Shown: piece after piece, positions 1 to 9,535 of the stretch
How positions within the stretch are numbered: the stretch's first letter is position 1
How the letters are laid out: each line of letters begins with the position of its first letter
DNA from: a virus
DNA: 64,000 bases
IMG/VR virus record: IMGVR_UViG_3300024348_000005
Span: 64,001 to 128,000 of that record
Reading direction: 5' to 3' (one strand)
Notes under the pieces: model-generated
Told to the model about the DNA's origin: nothing
Seen by the model: only the letters and a program-made list of their open reading frames with translations
The model's database searches: none
Program-made: the position numbers and the translations under genes

Positions 1-1
1 T

Positions 2-517
2 GAAGAAGAGTTATCCGTGGTATTCAAAATTTATTTAACCATTTACGGTAAGAACGGAATATCAAAAGTGATTATGAAAAATATGATTCCATTATTGAAT
101 CACGAATTATATCGATTACTTACTGATAGTTGTCATTTCATATTAGAGTTAAACGTCAACGATAAAAATGAGGTTGAGTTCATCATGATAGATACGGAGA
201 CTCGAGTGGTAAAACCCCTTAACGCCGGTTCAGGTTATGAAAGAACAATTTCATCATTGGCACTTCGTAGTGTATTAACTAAGATATCTTCATTACCAAA
301 ACCGAACATTGTGGTTATGGACGAGGTGTTTGGAAAAATTGCCGACGAGAACCTCGAAATGGTAGGGGAATTCTTCAAGAAAATCAAAAATTATTTTGAA
401 CATATTATAGTTATTTCTCATAACCCACTGATACGTAATTGGTCAGATAATTTGATTATGATTAAGAAGGAGGAAAATATCTCATCCATCGATTTTATTA
501 CCACAAAAATTTCTTAG
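2..517 (+). CDS. Rad50/SbcC/T4 gp46-like recombination ATPase, C-terminal part (5' truncated by window)
   Basis: Frame open from position 2; ABC signature variant GSGYE, Walker B VVMDEVFG, H-loop IVISH. Confidence 0.85.
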   Translation, partial: EEELSVVFKIYLTIYGKNGISKVIMKNMIPLLNHELYRLLTDSCHFILELNVNDKNEVEFIMIDTETRVVKPLNAGSGYERTISSLALRSVLTKISSLPKPNIVVMDEVFGKIADENLEMVGEFFKKIKNYFEHIIVISHNPLIRNWSDNLIMIKKEENISSIDFITTKIS

Positions 518-563
518 TTTCAAAATTATCAGATATATTTGTCTAACATAAATAAACTTACAT

Positions 564-1268
564 ATGACACCTAAAGATTTAAAAGATTTCGAATCATACT
601 CAAAGAGTATGGGTATTAGTTCAATGACCTTGGATTACTATAAACAAAGACAAAACCATTTTGAAGGGGTTAAAAGTAGTTTGACTCCGTATATCTTAGA
701 AGAGAGGACTATGAATGTCACGGTTATGGACGTTTTCTCAAGATTAATGATGGAGAGAATCCTTTGGGTTGCGGGAGAGGTCAATGACAATATGTCTACG
801 ATTGTTCAGGCACAATTAAAGTTTTTAGAAAGTATCGATAATAATGTAATCACTATGCATATCGATAGTCCTGGTGGGTCAGTTAAATCAGGACTTTCAA
901 TGGTAAATGTTATGAAAGTGGTTAAACCTAAGATTAAGACCGTTAATACGGGAATGGCCGCGTCAATGGGTTCTGTCCTATTGGGTGCCGGTTCAAAGGG
1001 TATGAGAGCCGCGTTAGAGGACTCTGAAACCATGTTACACCAATCTTCTGGTGGAGCAGTTGGTAACATCCAAGATGCTGAAATTACCATGAAACAATGG
1101 AGAAAAGTAAATGAAAGACTATTCTTCCTATTGGGTAAATTCTGTAATAAACCTTCAGAACAAGTCATGGCAGATGCATCAAGGGACTTGTGGTTATCTG
1201 CGGATGAGGCCAAGGATTATGGTATTATTGATGAGGTCATTTATATGGACCTATCAGAATACGAATAG
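564..1268 (+). CDS. clpP: ClpP protease proteolytic subunit, Bacteroidetes type
   Basis: SPGGSV, catalytic Ser in GMAASMG, His in MLHQ, Asp in RDLWL; N-terminal TPYILEERxMNVxxMDVFSRLMM resembles Bacteroidetes ClpP. Confidence 0.93.
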   Translation: MTPKDLKDFESYSKSMGISSMTLDYYKQRQNHFEGVKSSLTPYILEERTMNVTVMDVFSRLMMERILWVAGEVNDNMSTIVQAQLKFLESIDNNVITMHIDSPGGSVKSGLSMVNVMKVVKPKIKTVNTGMAASMGSVLLGAGSKGMRAALEDSETMLHQSSGGAVGNIQDAEITMKQWRKVNERLFFLLGKFCNKPSEQVMADASRDLWLSADEAKDYGIIDEVIYMDLSEYE

Positions 1269-1310
1269 TCTAAAATAGGTTTTCTTCATATTTATAATAA
1301 AACATATAAT

Positions 1311-1646
1311 ATGAAGATTGATAAAACAAATATCCTATTAGTTTTGATTGTTTGTTTAGCTGCTTATTCCATATTTCAAAATCAAGGTATAAAAACCGAA
1401 GTTAAGGAATATAATGCTAAAATTGAATCCCTACAAAAGGAGATAGATTCGGTTTATACTGCAAATAAAGAAATAGACAATCAAATCGAAAAAGTTGATA
1501 ATCACATTGTTAATGTTGATAGAGATATCGACAACGTAACAAAAAACATAACTATTATTAAAAACAACACAGATGAAAAAGTTAATTCTATTACCACTAT
1601 TGGTAATGTTGAGCTTGAGCAGTTATTCGCAAACAGATACAACTAA
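1311..1646 (+). CDS. Membrane-anchored coiled-coil protein (possible i-spanin-like)
   Basis: One N-terminal TM (ILLVLIVCLAAYSIF) then a heptad-rich region; overlaps the next gene by 74 nt. Confidence 0.5.
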   Translation: MKIDKTNILLVLIVCLAAYSIFQNQGIKTEVKEYNAKIESLQKEIDSVYTANKEIDNQIEKVDNHIVNVDRDIDNVTKNITIIKNNTDEKVNSITTIGNVELEQLFANRYN

Positions 1647-1998
1647 AGTTATAGTATTGGATACTACTAAAGTTATCCTACCAACAAAAGTTGCTAGATT
1701 GGCTTTTCAAGATTTACTTCGTTATGACGGAGCAAAATTGGAAATTGTTGAATTAAATAATGTTATCGTTTTAAAGGATCAACAAATTAATTTATTTAAA
1801 CAAAAAGACACACTAAAGGATTTAAAAATTTCTAATTTAGAGGTGATTATCAATAAGAAAGATGAACAATTTGGATTAGAAAGACAAAAATCCGAAAGTC
1901 TATTAAAAGAATTAAGAGGACAAAGAAGAAAAACTTTTTTATATAAGATTGGTTCTTTTGCGGGAATAATTGTGACATCCTTATATCTTCTTAAGTAA
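1573..1998 (+). CDS. Exported coiled-coil protein with C-terminal hydrophobic tail
   Basis: Signal peptide MKKLILLPLLVMLSLSSYS|Q; coiled coil; hydrophobic end IGSFAGIIVTSLYLLK. Confidence 0.5.
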   Translation: MKKLILLPLLVMLSLSSYSQTDTTKVIVLDTTKVILPTKVARLAFQDLLRYDGAKLEIVELNNVIVLKDQQINLFKQKDTLKDLKISNLEVIINKKDEQFGLERQKSESLLKELRGQRRKTFLYKIGSFAGIIVTSLYLLK

Positions 1999-2634
1999 AT
2001 GAAAAAACATTTAAATGTAAAGAACTTAACGATTGTTACTTTAATAATTTTATTGTTATTATCTTTTTTAAATCCGGGAGGACATTTACCTAATAGGACA
2101 ACCATAAAGGTTGATTCAATACCATATGCAGTTCATGATACCATTTCAATTGATAGTTTAGTAGAGGTGGAGGTAGAGATTGAAGTTCCTGTAGAGGTTG
2201 AAAAAAGGGTTGAGATTCAAGTATTAACTCCTGTCGACACTAGTGAAATATTGAAAGTCTATTTCGCTAAAATCCAATACAAAGAAGTTTTAACCTTACC
2301 AGATAATTTGGGCACCGTTACCATTATGGATACCATCTCAAAAAATAGTATCGTTAATAGAAAATTCATTAGTGATATAAAACAAATGATTGTTAAAGAT
2401 ACCATATATACCAAAGAACCTAAAAAGGGACAATTATTTTTTGGTCTTAACGGAGGATTCAATAAAATTAATGTAGTATCACATATTGGAACTGGTTTAA
2501 TGTATAAAACTAAAGAGGATAAAATATTTCATGTCGGGTTAGGTGTTGCTAATAGAGTGTTTGATGGAACAAATGGTGAATTTACACCATATGTTGATGG
2601 TGGAGTTTATTGGAAAATTAGATTAAAGAAATAA
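1999..2634 (+). CDS. Membrane-anchored envelope protein with C-terminal beta strands
   Basis: N-terminal TM, DT/DS and VEVE repeats, amphipathic beta strands ending YVDGGVYWKIRLKK. Confidence 0.5.
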   Translation: MKKHLNVKNLTIVTLIILLLLSFLNPGGHLPNRTTIKVDSIPYAVHDTISIDSLVEVEVEIEVPVEVEKRVEIQVLTPVDTSEILKVYFAKIQYKEVLTLPDNLGTVTIMDTISKNSIVNRKFISDIKQMIVKDTIYTKEPKKGQLFFGLNGGFNKINVVSHIGTGLMYKTKEDKIFHVGLGVANRVFDGTNGEFTPYVDGGVYWKIRLKK

Positions 2635-2641
2635 TTAATAC

Positions 2642-3082
2642 GTGATGAAAACGTTTATCTTATTTATTTTTGGGGTCTTTGAAGACCAAGAAGATATTGA
2701 ATATTTTTGCTTGGATATATTTGGTTCATCAGACAAAATATCAAAAGTTAGATACGTAATTGAAAAGTCACAAAATATAATCATTATATTTGATTCAGAC
2801 TCCGATTATAAATCACTATCAGAAGAGGTATATAATTTATCGTTTAATGACAGTGTCAAGTTCTATTTTTTAGTAGAAAGAGACTCATTGGTAAGTGCTC
2901 ACGTCCCACAAGCGGTTAAGGATTTTATTTTCAAACCACAAACTACCGATATGTTCATGAAAATTGAATATGAGAAATCCAGTCCCTCTATGGATTTGGA
3001 TGAGTTATTAGAAAAAATTGAGAAAATGGGTGTGGATAGTTTAACCCCCGAAGAAAAAAACTTTCTTGATAATTTTGAATAG
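2642..3082 (+). CDS. Hypothetical protein with C-terminal DUF6576-like helical motif
   Basis: C-terminal LDELLEKIEKMGVDSLTPEEKNFL resembles the tail of Bacteroidetes rhomboid proteins. Confidence 0.55.
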   Translation: MMKTFILFIFGVFEDQEDIEYFCLDIFGSSDKISKVRYVIEKSQNIIIIFDSDSDYKSLSEEVYNLSFNDSVKFYFLVERDSLVSAHVPQAVKDFIFKPQTTDMFMKIEYEKSSPSMDLDELLEKIEKMGVDSLTPEEKNFLDNFE

Positions 3083-3135
3083 TAATTTTTTTTCTTTATC
3101 TTATATATAAACTCAATACACTTAAACCCGACCCT

Positions 3136-3945
3136 ATGAAAAAATCCATTATCACCAACACCGAGGAAATCCAACAGTACATCAAAGACATTCGTAAGAT
3201 ACCCGTCGTTTCACATGAAAGACAGGAAGAAATTTTTATATTATTAAATAACAAGAATATTGATAAGAAATTAAAAAAAGAACTGTTTGATGAGTTGGTG
3301 GTTGGTAATTTACGATTTGTAATATCGGTTGCAAAAATGTATCAAGGTCAGGGATTAGATATAATGGATTTAATATCGGAAGGTAATATTGGTTTAATGA
3401 AAGCGGCGGAAAGATTTGACCCAACAAGTGGGTTAAAGTTTATTTCATATGCTGTTTGGTGGGTAAAACAATCCATGATGGCATCAATGAATGAAAATGC
3501 AAGAACCATTCGTATTCCATCTAATTTAGTACAAGAGTCACAAAAACAAAAAAAGAGGGAAGTACACGACGAAGACAACTATTATATTAATAATTCGGAC
3601 GAACCTACAAGTTCTAATTTACCATATTGTGTTGGTTTATACAAAGAAATAAACGAAGAGGGTGATCAATTAATCGATTTAATACCAAACAAAGAGGCAC
3701 AAAGTCCGGATGAAATTTTAAATACTCCCGAGGAAATAAAGAAAAAGGTAAACATGATGTTAAGTGTTTTAGATGAAAGGGAGAAAGTTATCATTGAAAA
3801 ATACTACGGTTTAACGGGTATTGAATGTAATTTAGATGATTTAGGTGAAGAGTTTGGATGTACAAAAGAACGTATTAGACAGTTACGTGATAAGGCCATT
3901 AAGAAGCTTAGAAATGAGAGTTTTGGTCTATTAAACTATTTATAA
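3136..3945 (+). CDS. Sigma-70 family RNA polymerase sigma factor (RpoD-like, no region 1.1)
   Basis: NLRFVISVAKMYQGQGL, DLISEGNIGLMKAAERFD, KFISYAVWW (region 2); region 4 HTH TKERIRQLRDKAIKKLR. Confidence 0.93.
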   Translation: MKKSIITNTEEIQQYIKDIRKIPVVSHERQEEIFILLNNKNIDKKLKKELFDELVVGNLRFVISVAKMYQGQGLDIMDLISEGNIGLMKAAERFDPTSGLKFISYAVWWVKQSMMASMNENARTIRIPSNLVQESQKQKKREVHDEDNYYINNSDEPTSSNLPYCVGLYKEINEEGDQLIDLIPNKEAQSPDEILNTPEEIKKKVNMMLSVLDEREKVIIEKYYGLTGIECNLDDLGEEFGCTKERIRQLRDKAIKKLRNESFGLLNYL

Positions 3946-3957
3946 AAATATAACATT

Positions 3958-4251
3958 ATGAAAAAGTTAATTGAATTAATAAAAACATATAAACTACAGA
4001 TACTGATTTTTTTAACAATCATATTCTTTTTTCGCTCTTGTAGTAATTCAAGTAAAGTGAGTAAATTAGAAAAAATTCAAAAACAAAATGTATCTATGAT
4101 TGATAGTCTTAAAATCACACATAAAAACGAAAAAATAGCAATTCACGGTTTTTATGATAATTGGATTACACAAAAAGATAGAGGACCACAGTTAATGGAA
4201 CTACATTTTATTGTTAAAGAAAACTTAAAAAAAGAACAAGAATCTAAATGA
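3958..4251 (+). CDS. Small putative lipoprotein
   Basis: Hydrophobic stretch followed by lipobox-like FFRSC. Confidence 0.45.
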   Translation: MKKLIELIKTYKLQILIFLTIIFFFRSCSNSSKVSKLEKIQKQNVSMIDSLKITHKNEKIAIHGFYDNWITQKDRGPQLMELHFIVKENLKKEQESK

Positions 4252-5621
4252 AACATTGGTTAAATCAAAATTTTAAAGCATTAATCATTGCGGCATTTTT
4301 GATTCCAATCATTACTGTTGCTATTGTTTCTATTTCACACGTAACAAAATGGTATGGCATATCAAATCCAGTAAGTTGGGCAGTTTATTTATCAATTGGA
4401 ATTGAAATTGCCGCATTATCAGCGTTGGCTGCCATTTCGGCAAACATGGGTAAAAAAGTTTATTTTCCATTTGCCGTTGTAACGTTAATACAGTTTATAG
4501 GTAATATATTTTTTGCATACACATATATTGATATCAACGGACAGTCTTTTAGAGATTGGGTTGATTTAGTGGCACCATTAACAGAATTAATGGGAGTAGA
4601 CCCAACTGACTTAGTGGGTAATAAAAGATTCTTAGCATTTTTTGCTGGTGGTATGTTACCAATCATTTCATTATCCTTTCTTCATATGTTAGTAAAATTT
4701 ACAGAAGAAGATAGACTAAAAGAAAACCAAACACCAATTAAAGAATTAGAATCTAATCCCGAAGATTTAAAAGATTTTGTTGATGAAACCACAAGAATAC
4801 GTTTAAGTGAATCAGATTTAAAAATATTAGAGGAGGCTCTATTAAACCCACCAGAACCAAATGAGAATTTAGTAATAGCTGCGGAAAAATATAAGGAAGA
4901 TTCTGAACTTAAAGAAAAAAATGACAAAAGATTACAGGAAATACTTGAGGAATTAGAGGAAAAGGAAAGAATTGAAAAAGAAAAACAAGACATTTTAGAT
5001 AATACCATAGATTTATTTAATACTGAAAATGAAAAAGTAATAACCGATTTCGTTGATAACGTAATTAATAATAATAGTGAACTTAAGAATGGTAAGTGGA
5101 TTGATGAAGAATATAAAAGACGAGGAGAGTTATTAGCTGAGATTATTAAGAACGACGAAGAGTTGGGTTTATATAACGAACCATTTGATAATCCAATGAT
5201 TAAAGAAGATTTGGATGATGAAGTATCTGATTGGGATGTAACATTGATGGACGGTTTAGAAGATGAAGAACCTTTCTTTACTGAAGAAGAAACTGAGAAT
5301 ATTTTCCAAGAAGAACCAACAGAAGAAGAAATTAAGGAAAATTTTTCCACTATAGAACCTGAAACTGAGAATATTTTCCAAGATAACAACGAGATACCTT
5401 TTAGTAATGAATTTTTAACAGAGGCAATACAAGAGTTTAATCAAGAATCAATTCAAGAAGAAATTAACGAATCGATTCCTGAAACTATAACATTACCATT
5501 CGAACCCATTCCATTACCGATTGAACTAATTGTTGAGGAGATAATACCCGACACGGAAAATATAATTGAGCAACCAACATTAGGTCAAACAGAAGATTTG
5601 ACGGACGAAAAAAAAAACTAG
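4248..5621 (+). CDS. Multi-pass membrane protein with long acidic C-terminal tail
   Basis: About four TM helices in the first 150 aa, then a Glu/Asp-rich low-complexity region. Confidence 0.7.
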   Translation: MKHWLNQNFKALIIAAFLIPIITVAIVSISHVTKWYGISNPVSWAVYLSIGIEIAALSALAAISANMGKKVYFPFAVVTLIQFIGNIFFAYTYIDINGQSFRDWVDLVAPLTELMGVDPTDLVGNKRFLAFFAGGMLPIISLSFLHMLVKFTEEDRLKENQTPIKELESNPEDLKDFVDETTRIRLSESDLKILEEALLNPPEPNENLVIAAEKYKEDSELKEKNDKRLQEILEELEEKERIEKEKQDILDNTIDLFNTENEKVITDFVDNVINNNSELKNGKWIDEEYKRRGELLAEIIKNDEELGLYNEPFDNPMIKEDLDDEVSDWDVTLMDGLEDEEPFFTEEETENIFQEEPTEEEIKENFSTIEPETENIFQDNNEIPFSNEFLTEAIQEFNQESIQEEINESIPETITLPFEPIPLPIELIVEEIIPDTENIIEQPTLGQTEDLTDEKKN

Positions 5622-5887
5622 TAGAAGATTTAGAACTCCCTCAGGACACATCAAACTTACAAGACTATAAAGAACCACAAATAATTAAGATTAATTTTGG
5701 TGAAAATGTTGACTTATATTGGGAAAGCGATGATAGTAACCCAAATCAAATTATCTATGATTTAGAAAATAATAAAACAATAATTCCTCAATCTGAGGAA
5801 GACGTGGTAATGGACCAAACTCCAATCCCTAATGGTCCAAAAATAATATCAAGAAATGTTAGTTCACGACGTAGAAATATTAGATAA
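5612..5887 (+). other. Candidate -1 programmed frameshift site and 89-codon extension of the 4248 gene
   Basis: Heptamer A AAA AAC at 5612-5618 just before TAG; the -1 frame is open 5618-5884 (LVEDLELPQDTSNLQ...SSRRRNIR) and fills the gap. Confidence 0.6.
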
Positions 5888-6470
5888 TCTAAACATTGTA
5901 AAACGAAAATCTAAAAAAACACAAATTATTCTTTACGACACGCAAAGAAGGATTGACGATTTTATTAATAAGATAAGGTATCGTAAAAATGGTGGATATG
6001 AAGATGTCCCCCATTTTGTTGTTTCTAAATTAGGGGTGGTCTATAGGTTATTCGACTCAAACCATAGTTCTAAAACATTTTACAACCCACAAATAGACAA
6101 GAAACAGATTAAAATTGCAATTGAGAACTTAGGGTGGTTAAACAAAAATACCATCACTGGTGTCCTTAATAATTGGATTGGCGACCCATACAGGTCCGAG
6201 CCACACATTCGTAATTGGAGAAACCATTACTTTTGGGACAAATACGAAGATTCCCAAATGGAAACGTTATCTCAGTTATGTGAAGATTTATGTGAAAAAC
6301 ATGGAATTTTTAAACAAGTGGTCCCATCTCAGGGATATTTGGAGAATGTATCTAATTTTAAAGGAATTGTATGTAAATCCAACTTCTCTAATATTTATAC
6401 AGATATAAACCCTTCGTTTAATTTTAGAATATTTTTCAACAATGCAAAACAAACAGATGTCAGGATATGA
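5856..6470 (+). CDS. N-acetylmuramoyl-L-alanine amidase (Amidase_2/PGRP fold), probably catalytically degenerate
   Basis: HFVVSKLG, IAIENLG, YEDSQMETLSQLC, DINPSF; expected Zn-ligand His positions read IILYDT and VCKSN. Confidence 0.7.
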   Translation: MLVHDVEILDNLNIVKRKSKKTQIILYDTQRRIDDFINKIRYRKNGGYEDVPHFVVSKLGVVYRLFDSNHSSKTFYNPQIDKKQIKIAIENLGWLNKNTITGVLNNWIGDPYRSEPHIRNWRNHYFWDKYEDSQMETLSQLCEDLCEKHGIFKQVVPSQGYLENVSNFKGIVCKSNFSNIYTDINPSFNFRIFFNNAKQTDVRI

Positions 6471-6960
6471 CGATACTAAAAAAATGTTAAATACATTAAG
6501 GAAACTTAATGAAAATAGAGCATTTTCAAACAATATCCTTAGAGAAGAAATAGAAACTCAACAACCACAAAATCAAGAACCACAAGAAAAGGATTTTACC
6601 GTTATTAATGACGTTGAAGTTAAATTACTTTCTAGTGATCCTGCCGATATGAATTTATTGGATGATCAAAAAACAGCAATTTCAACTTTAATTGATAATT
6701 TCAGACAACAAGTTGACCAAATTGCTGAGTTTAAACCGGGTATGTCAATTAATTCAGACCAAGTTAGATTGGATGGTACTTTAACAAATGAAGATATTAG
6801 TTTTGTTTTCATTGCAGGTAAAGAATCTGGGGTTTATATTAATGCCGACATGTTAAAATTAGAACAAAACACCGCAACTGCATTGGAAAAATTGGTAAAA
6901 TTCCAAAGCACCTTCGAAACAAGTATGGAACCATTACTAACACAAAGAGATAATAACTAA
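6442..6960 (+). CDS. Hypothetical protein (start may be 6457)
   Basis: 172-aa ORF in a tightly packed operon. Confidence 0.65.
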   Translation: MQNKQMSGYDDTKKMLNTLRKLNENRAFSNNILREEIETQQPQNQEPQEKDFTVINDVEVKLLSSDPADMNLLDDQKTAISTLIDNFRQQVDQIAEFKPGMSINSDQVRLDGTLTNEDISFVFIAGKESGVYINADMLKLEQNTATALEKLVKFQSTFETSMEPLLTQRDNN

Positions 6961-6962
6961 TA

Positions 6963-7202
6963 ATGGCACTTACATCACAAGATAAAAAAGAAATTGAGAA
7001 TATAACCAAGAAGGAGATTAGGGACTTCATGAATTCAAGTAATGCAACTAAAATTGTTGTTAAAATGATTCAAGATGAGTTAGGTACTAAAAAGATTGAC
7101 GATAAGATAGTTGATTTATCAACCAAGGTGGTTGTTGAATTATTCAAAACATTATGGCAGAGAAAATCATTTTGGGAAACAGCTTTAAAATCTGTTAAAT
7201 AA
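6963..7202 (+). CDS. Small hypothetical protein
   Basis: 79-aa ORF, translationally coupled to the next gene. Confidence 0.65.
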   Translation: MALTSQDKKEIENITKKEIRDFMNSSNATKIVVKMIQDELGTKKIDDKIVDLSTKVVVELFKTLWQRKSFWETALKSVK

Positions 7203-8104
7203 TGGAAAAACGTAATAGACCAGATTTAGAAAATGAGATGGATGAACTACAAAGAGTGGTTCAGGACTTAAGTCGTGATGAGGATATAAATGTATCTGTC
7301 GATGATTTAGTTAACTCATTTAAAAAATCTAAAGAGGTTACGTTAACAGATGAGATATGGGGTAATTTAGAAAATACCGAGTCAAACGAGATAGAAAAGG
7401 GTGATATGGATTCGGTTATGAATATTGCTAAGACGTATAAGAAAACTAACCCTAAAAAATTAAGTCAATCAATTAAATCGGGTGATTATAAAAGACCCTT
7501 AATTTTAAAGTTTGGAGATAGATACCATTTAGTTGCTGGAAATACAAGATTATGTACTGCAGCTGCAATGGGGGTGAATCCAAAAGTGTTTATTGGGTCG
7601 ATTGATGGTATTAATAAAACCGAAACTAAAGAATCTACGGACGCAGGATCTTCAGGTTCGTTTTCAGGACCCGCATTTGGTGAAAATATTACCAAGAGAG
7701 AAATTTATAAAATACATAACGCTAAATTACACGAAGAAGTTGAAATGGGTGAAGCAACTGACGCATCATCTTCAGGTAGTTACGATGTCCCCTTATTTGG
7801 TAAAACACCTAAAGGAAATAGAAATCCATTAAAGATTGATGGTCCAAATAGTATATACAAGGGACGAGCGGTTAAAGATAAGAAGTTTCCAAAATACGGT
7901 GGTCCAAACGGAATCTACGTTAAGGTTAAGGAAAAATGTAAAAAGTTCCCATATTGTAACCAAGGTAACACCGGAGCACTTGAATTCATTAAAGAAGATA
8001 ATGAAATTAACGAAGCAATAAACGAAATATCAAAAAAATACGGAATACCACGTAACGAAGTGGAAAAAATTGTATTAAATGATATAAACCAGATATTTAT
8101 TTAA
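7202..8104 (+). CDS. ParB/Srx-like domain protein with repeated ExTDAxSSG motif
   Basis: RPLILKFGDRYHLVAGNTRL resembles ParB/Srx; ESTDAGSSGSF and EATDASSSGSY repeats. Confidence 0.55.
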   Translation: MEKRNRPDLENEMDELQRVVQDLSRDEDINVSVDDLVNSFKKSKEVTLTDEIWGNLENTESNEIEKGDMDSVMNIAKTYKKTNPKKLSQSIKSGDYKRPLILKFGDRYHLVAGNTRLCTAAAMGVNPKVFIGSIDGINKTETKESTDAGSSGSFSGPAFGENITKREIYKIHNAKLHEEVEMGEATDASSSGSYDVPLFGKTPKGNRNPLKIDGPNSIYKGRAVKDKKFPKYGGPNGIYVKVKEKCKKFPYCNQGNTGALEFIKEDNEINEAINEISKKYGIPRNEVEKIVLNDINQIFI

Positions 8105-8105
8105 C

Positions 8106-9488
8106 ATGAAAGTATCAGAACTAAAAAATTTAATAGAAAGTATAATCTCAAAAGAGGTTAGAAATAAGATAATCAACGAATCTAAGGAAGTATATCACAT
8201 TAAATGTGAGGGAGTACCTTTAGGTACCTTTGATACCGAAGAAGAGGCTAACGAGGCTTTACCTTCATATAAAGAGAAACACGATGGTGAACTTATAGTT
8301 GAGAAGGGTCAATACGATTCTCATGAATCAATGATTGATAAATTAGATGAGATGAACGACGAATTAGAAGAAACAGACAATATGGAAAATCAAAAACCAA
8401 TCGACAAAAAATTAGGTGGAGATTCTGAAATGAAAGAAAACATTCAAGGTCAACCAGGAATGTACGATAATTACGATGAAACTATGGATGAAGTAAAAAA
8501 TAAAGTACATAAATGGAGGATCAACGGTAAAATTAGTGAAGAAGAACATTATGAAATGATGTTTAGAATTGACAGTGAAGATTTAGACTGGCCAAATAGT
8601 ATAGGGGTAGATGAAACTACACAAATCCTTATAGGATTAGCAAAAGAATGTGCACCTCATTTACTTAAAAAGAAGAAAAAACAAGATATGGAAAATCAAG
8701 AACCAATCGACGAGAAATTAGTTGGTAAACAAAAAAATATTGATAAAAACGATAATGGTAAAATTGATGCCGAAGACTTCAAAATCTTAAATAAAGAAGA
8801 AGAGTGTGAAGAATGTGGAGATTCTGAAATGAAAGAAGGTACATGTGAGAAATGTGGTAAAGAATTATGTGAATGTGGTTCTAAGATGTACGAATCTAAA
8901 AAGAAAACAATTCGTTTAAAAGAATCTGAATTAATTAAATTAATTAATAAAATGGTTACTGAATCAATTCCTGGTTTAGATTCTGTTAAAAGTGCACACA
9001 ATGGAGATAAAGAAACTAAACAACATTTATCTGATGTTGAAAATAAAATGAAAGATTTGGCTGAATTTGATGGTAATGATAACCCTGAATTTCCAAAGTC
9101 TATTGGTAAGGGTGAAAAGGTTGCAAGAAAAAATAGTGAAGAAGAAAATGAATTTGTTGAAGATACAAGAGGTGGAACACCTTTAAACTTAGATTACGAT
9201 AGTGAACCATCAAAACAATTTAAAGACAGACTTAAAAAGGCTTTAGAGGGTGACGCAACTACCGGCAATTCACAAGAATATGCTAATGTTATTAAAAGTG
9301 ATTTAGGTAAAAATTTAGCGAAACAAGCTGAAAGAAAAGAGAAAAAAGAAGACAAACAACCAATGTATAATAAAGACGCTCAACCAACAAAGAGTGTTAA
9401 TGAGTCTACGTTTAAAATGTCAGAAGTTCTTGAAGAGGAAATTAAGAAAATGAAAGATATAGTTAATTACAATAAAAAAACTCAGTAA
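8106..9488 (+). CDS. Acidic protein, putative internal head protein
   Basis: EF-hand-like DKNDNGKIDAEDF, CxxC clusters, amphipathic IRLKESELIKLINKMVTE motif, internal duplication. Confidence 0.5.
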   Translation: MKVSELKNLIESIISKEVRNKIINESKEVYHIKCEGVPLGTFDTEEEANEALPSYKEKHDGELIVEKGQYDSHESMIDKLDEMNDELEETDNMENQKPIDKKLGGDSEMKENIQGQPGMYDNYDETMDEVKNKVHKWRINGKISEEEHYEMMFRIDSEDLDWPNSIGVDETTQILIGLAKECAPHLLKKKKKQDMENQEPIDEKLVGKQKNIDKNDNGKIDAEDFKILNKEEECEECGDSEMKEGTCEKCGKELCECGSKMYESKKKTIRLKESELIKLINKMVTESIPGLDSVKSAHNGDKETKQHLSDVENKMKDLAEFDGNDNPEFPKSIGKGEKVARKNSEEENEFVEDTRGGTPLNLDYDSEPSKQFKDRLKKALEGDATTGNSQEYANVIKSDLGKNLAKQAERKEKKEDKQPMYNKDAQPTKSVNESTFKMSEVLEEEIKKMKDIVNYNKKTQ

Positions 9489-9535
9489 TTCTTCTTTTTC
9501 AATTCTTTTATCCTTATATTATAAACAGAAGGATT

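Noticed and set aside
4682-5389. 235-aa Ser-rich minus-strand ORF
   Set aside because: Antisense shadow of GAA/GAT-rich acidic coding sequence
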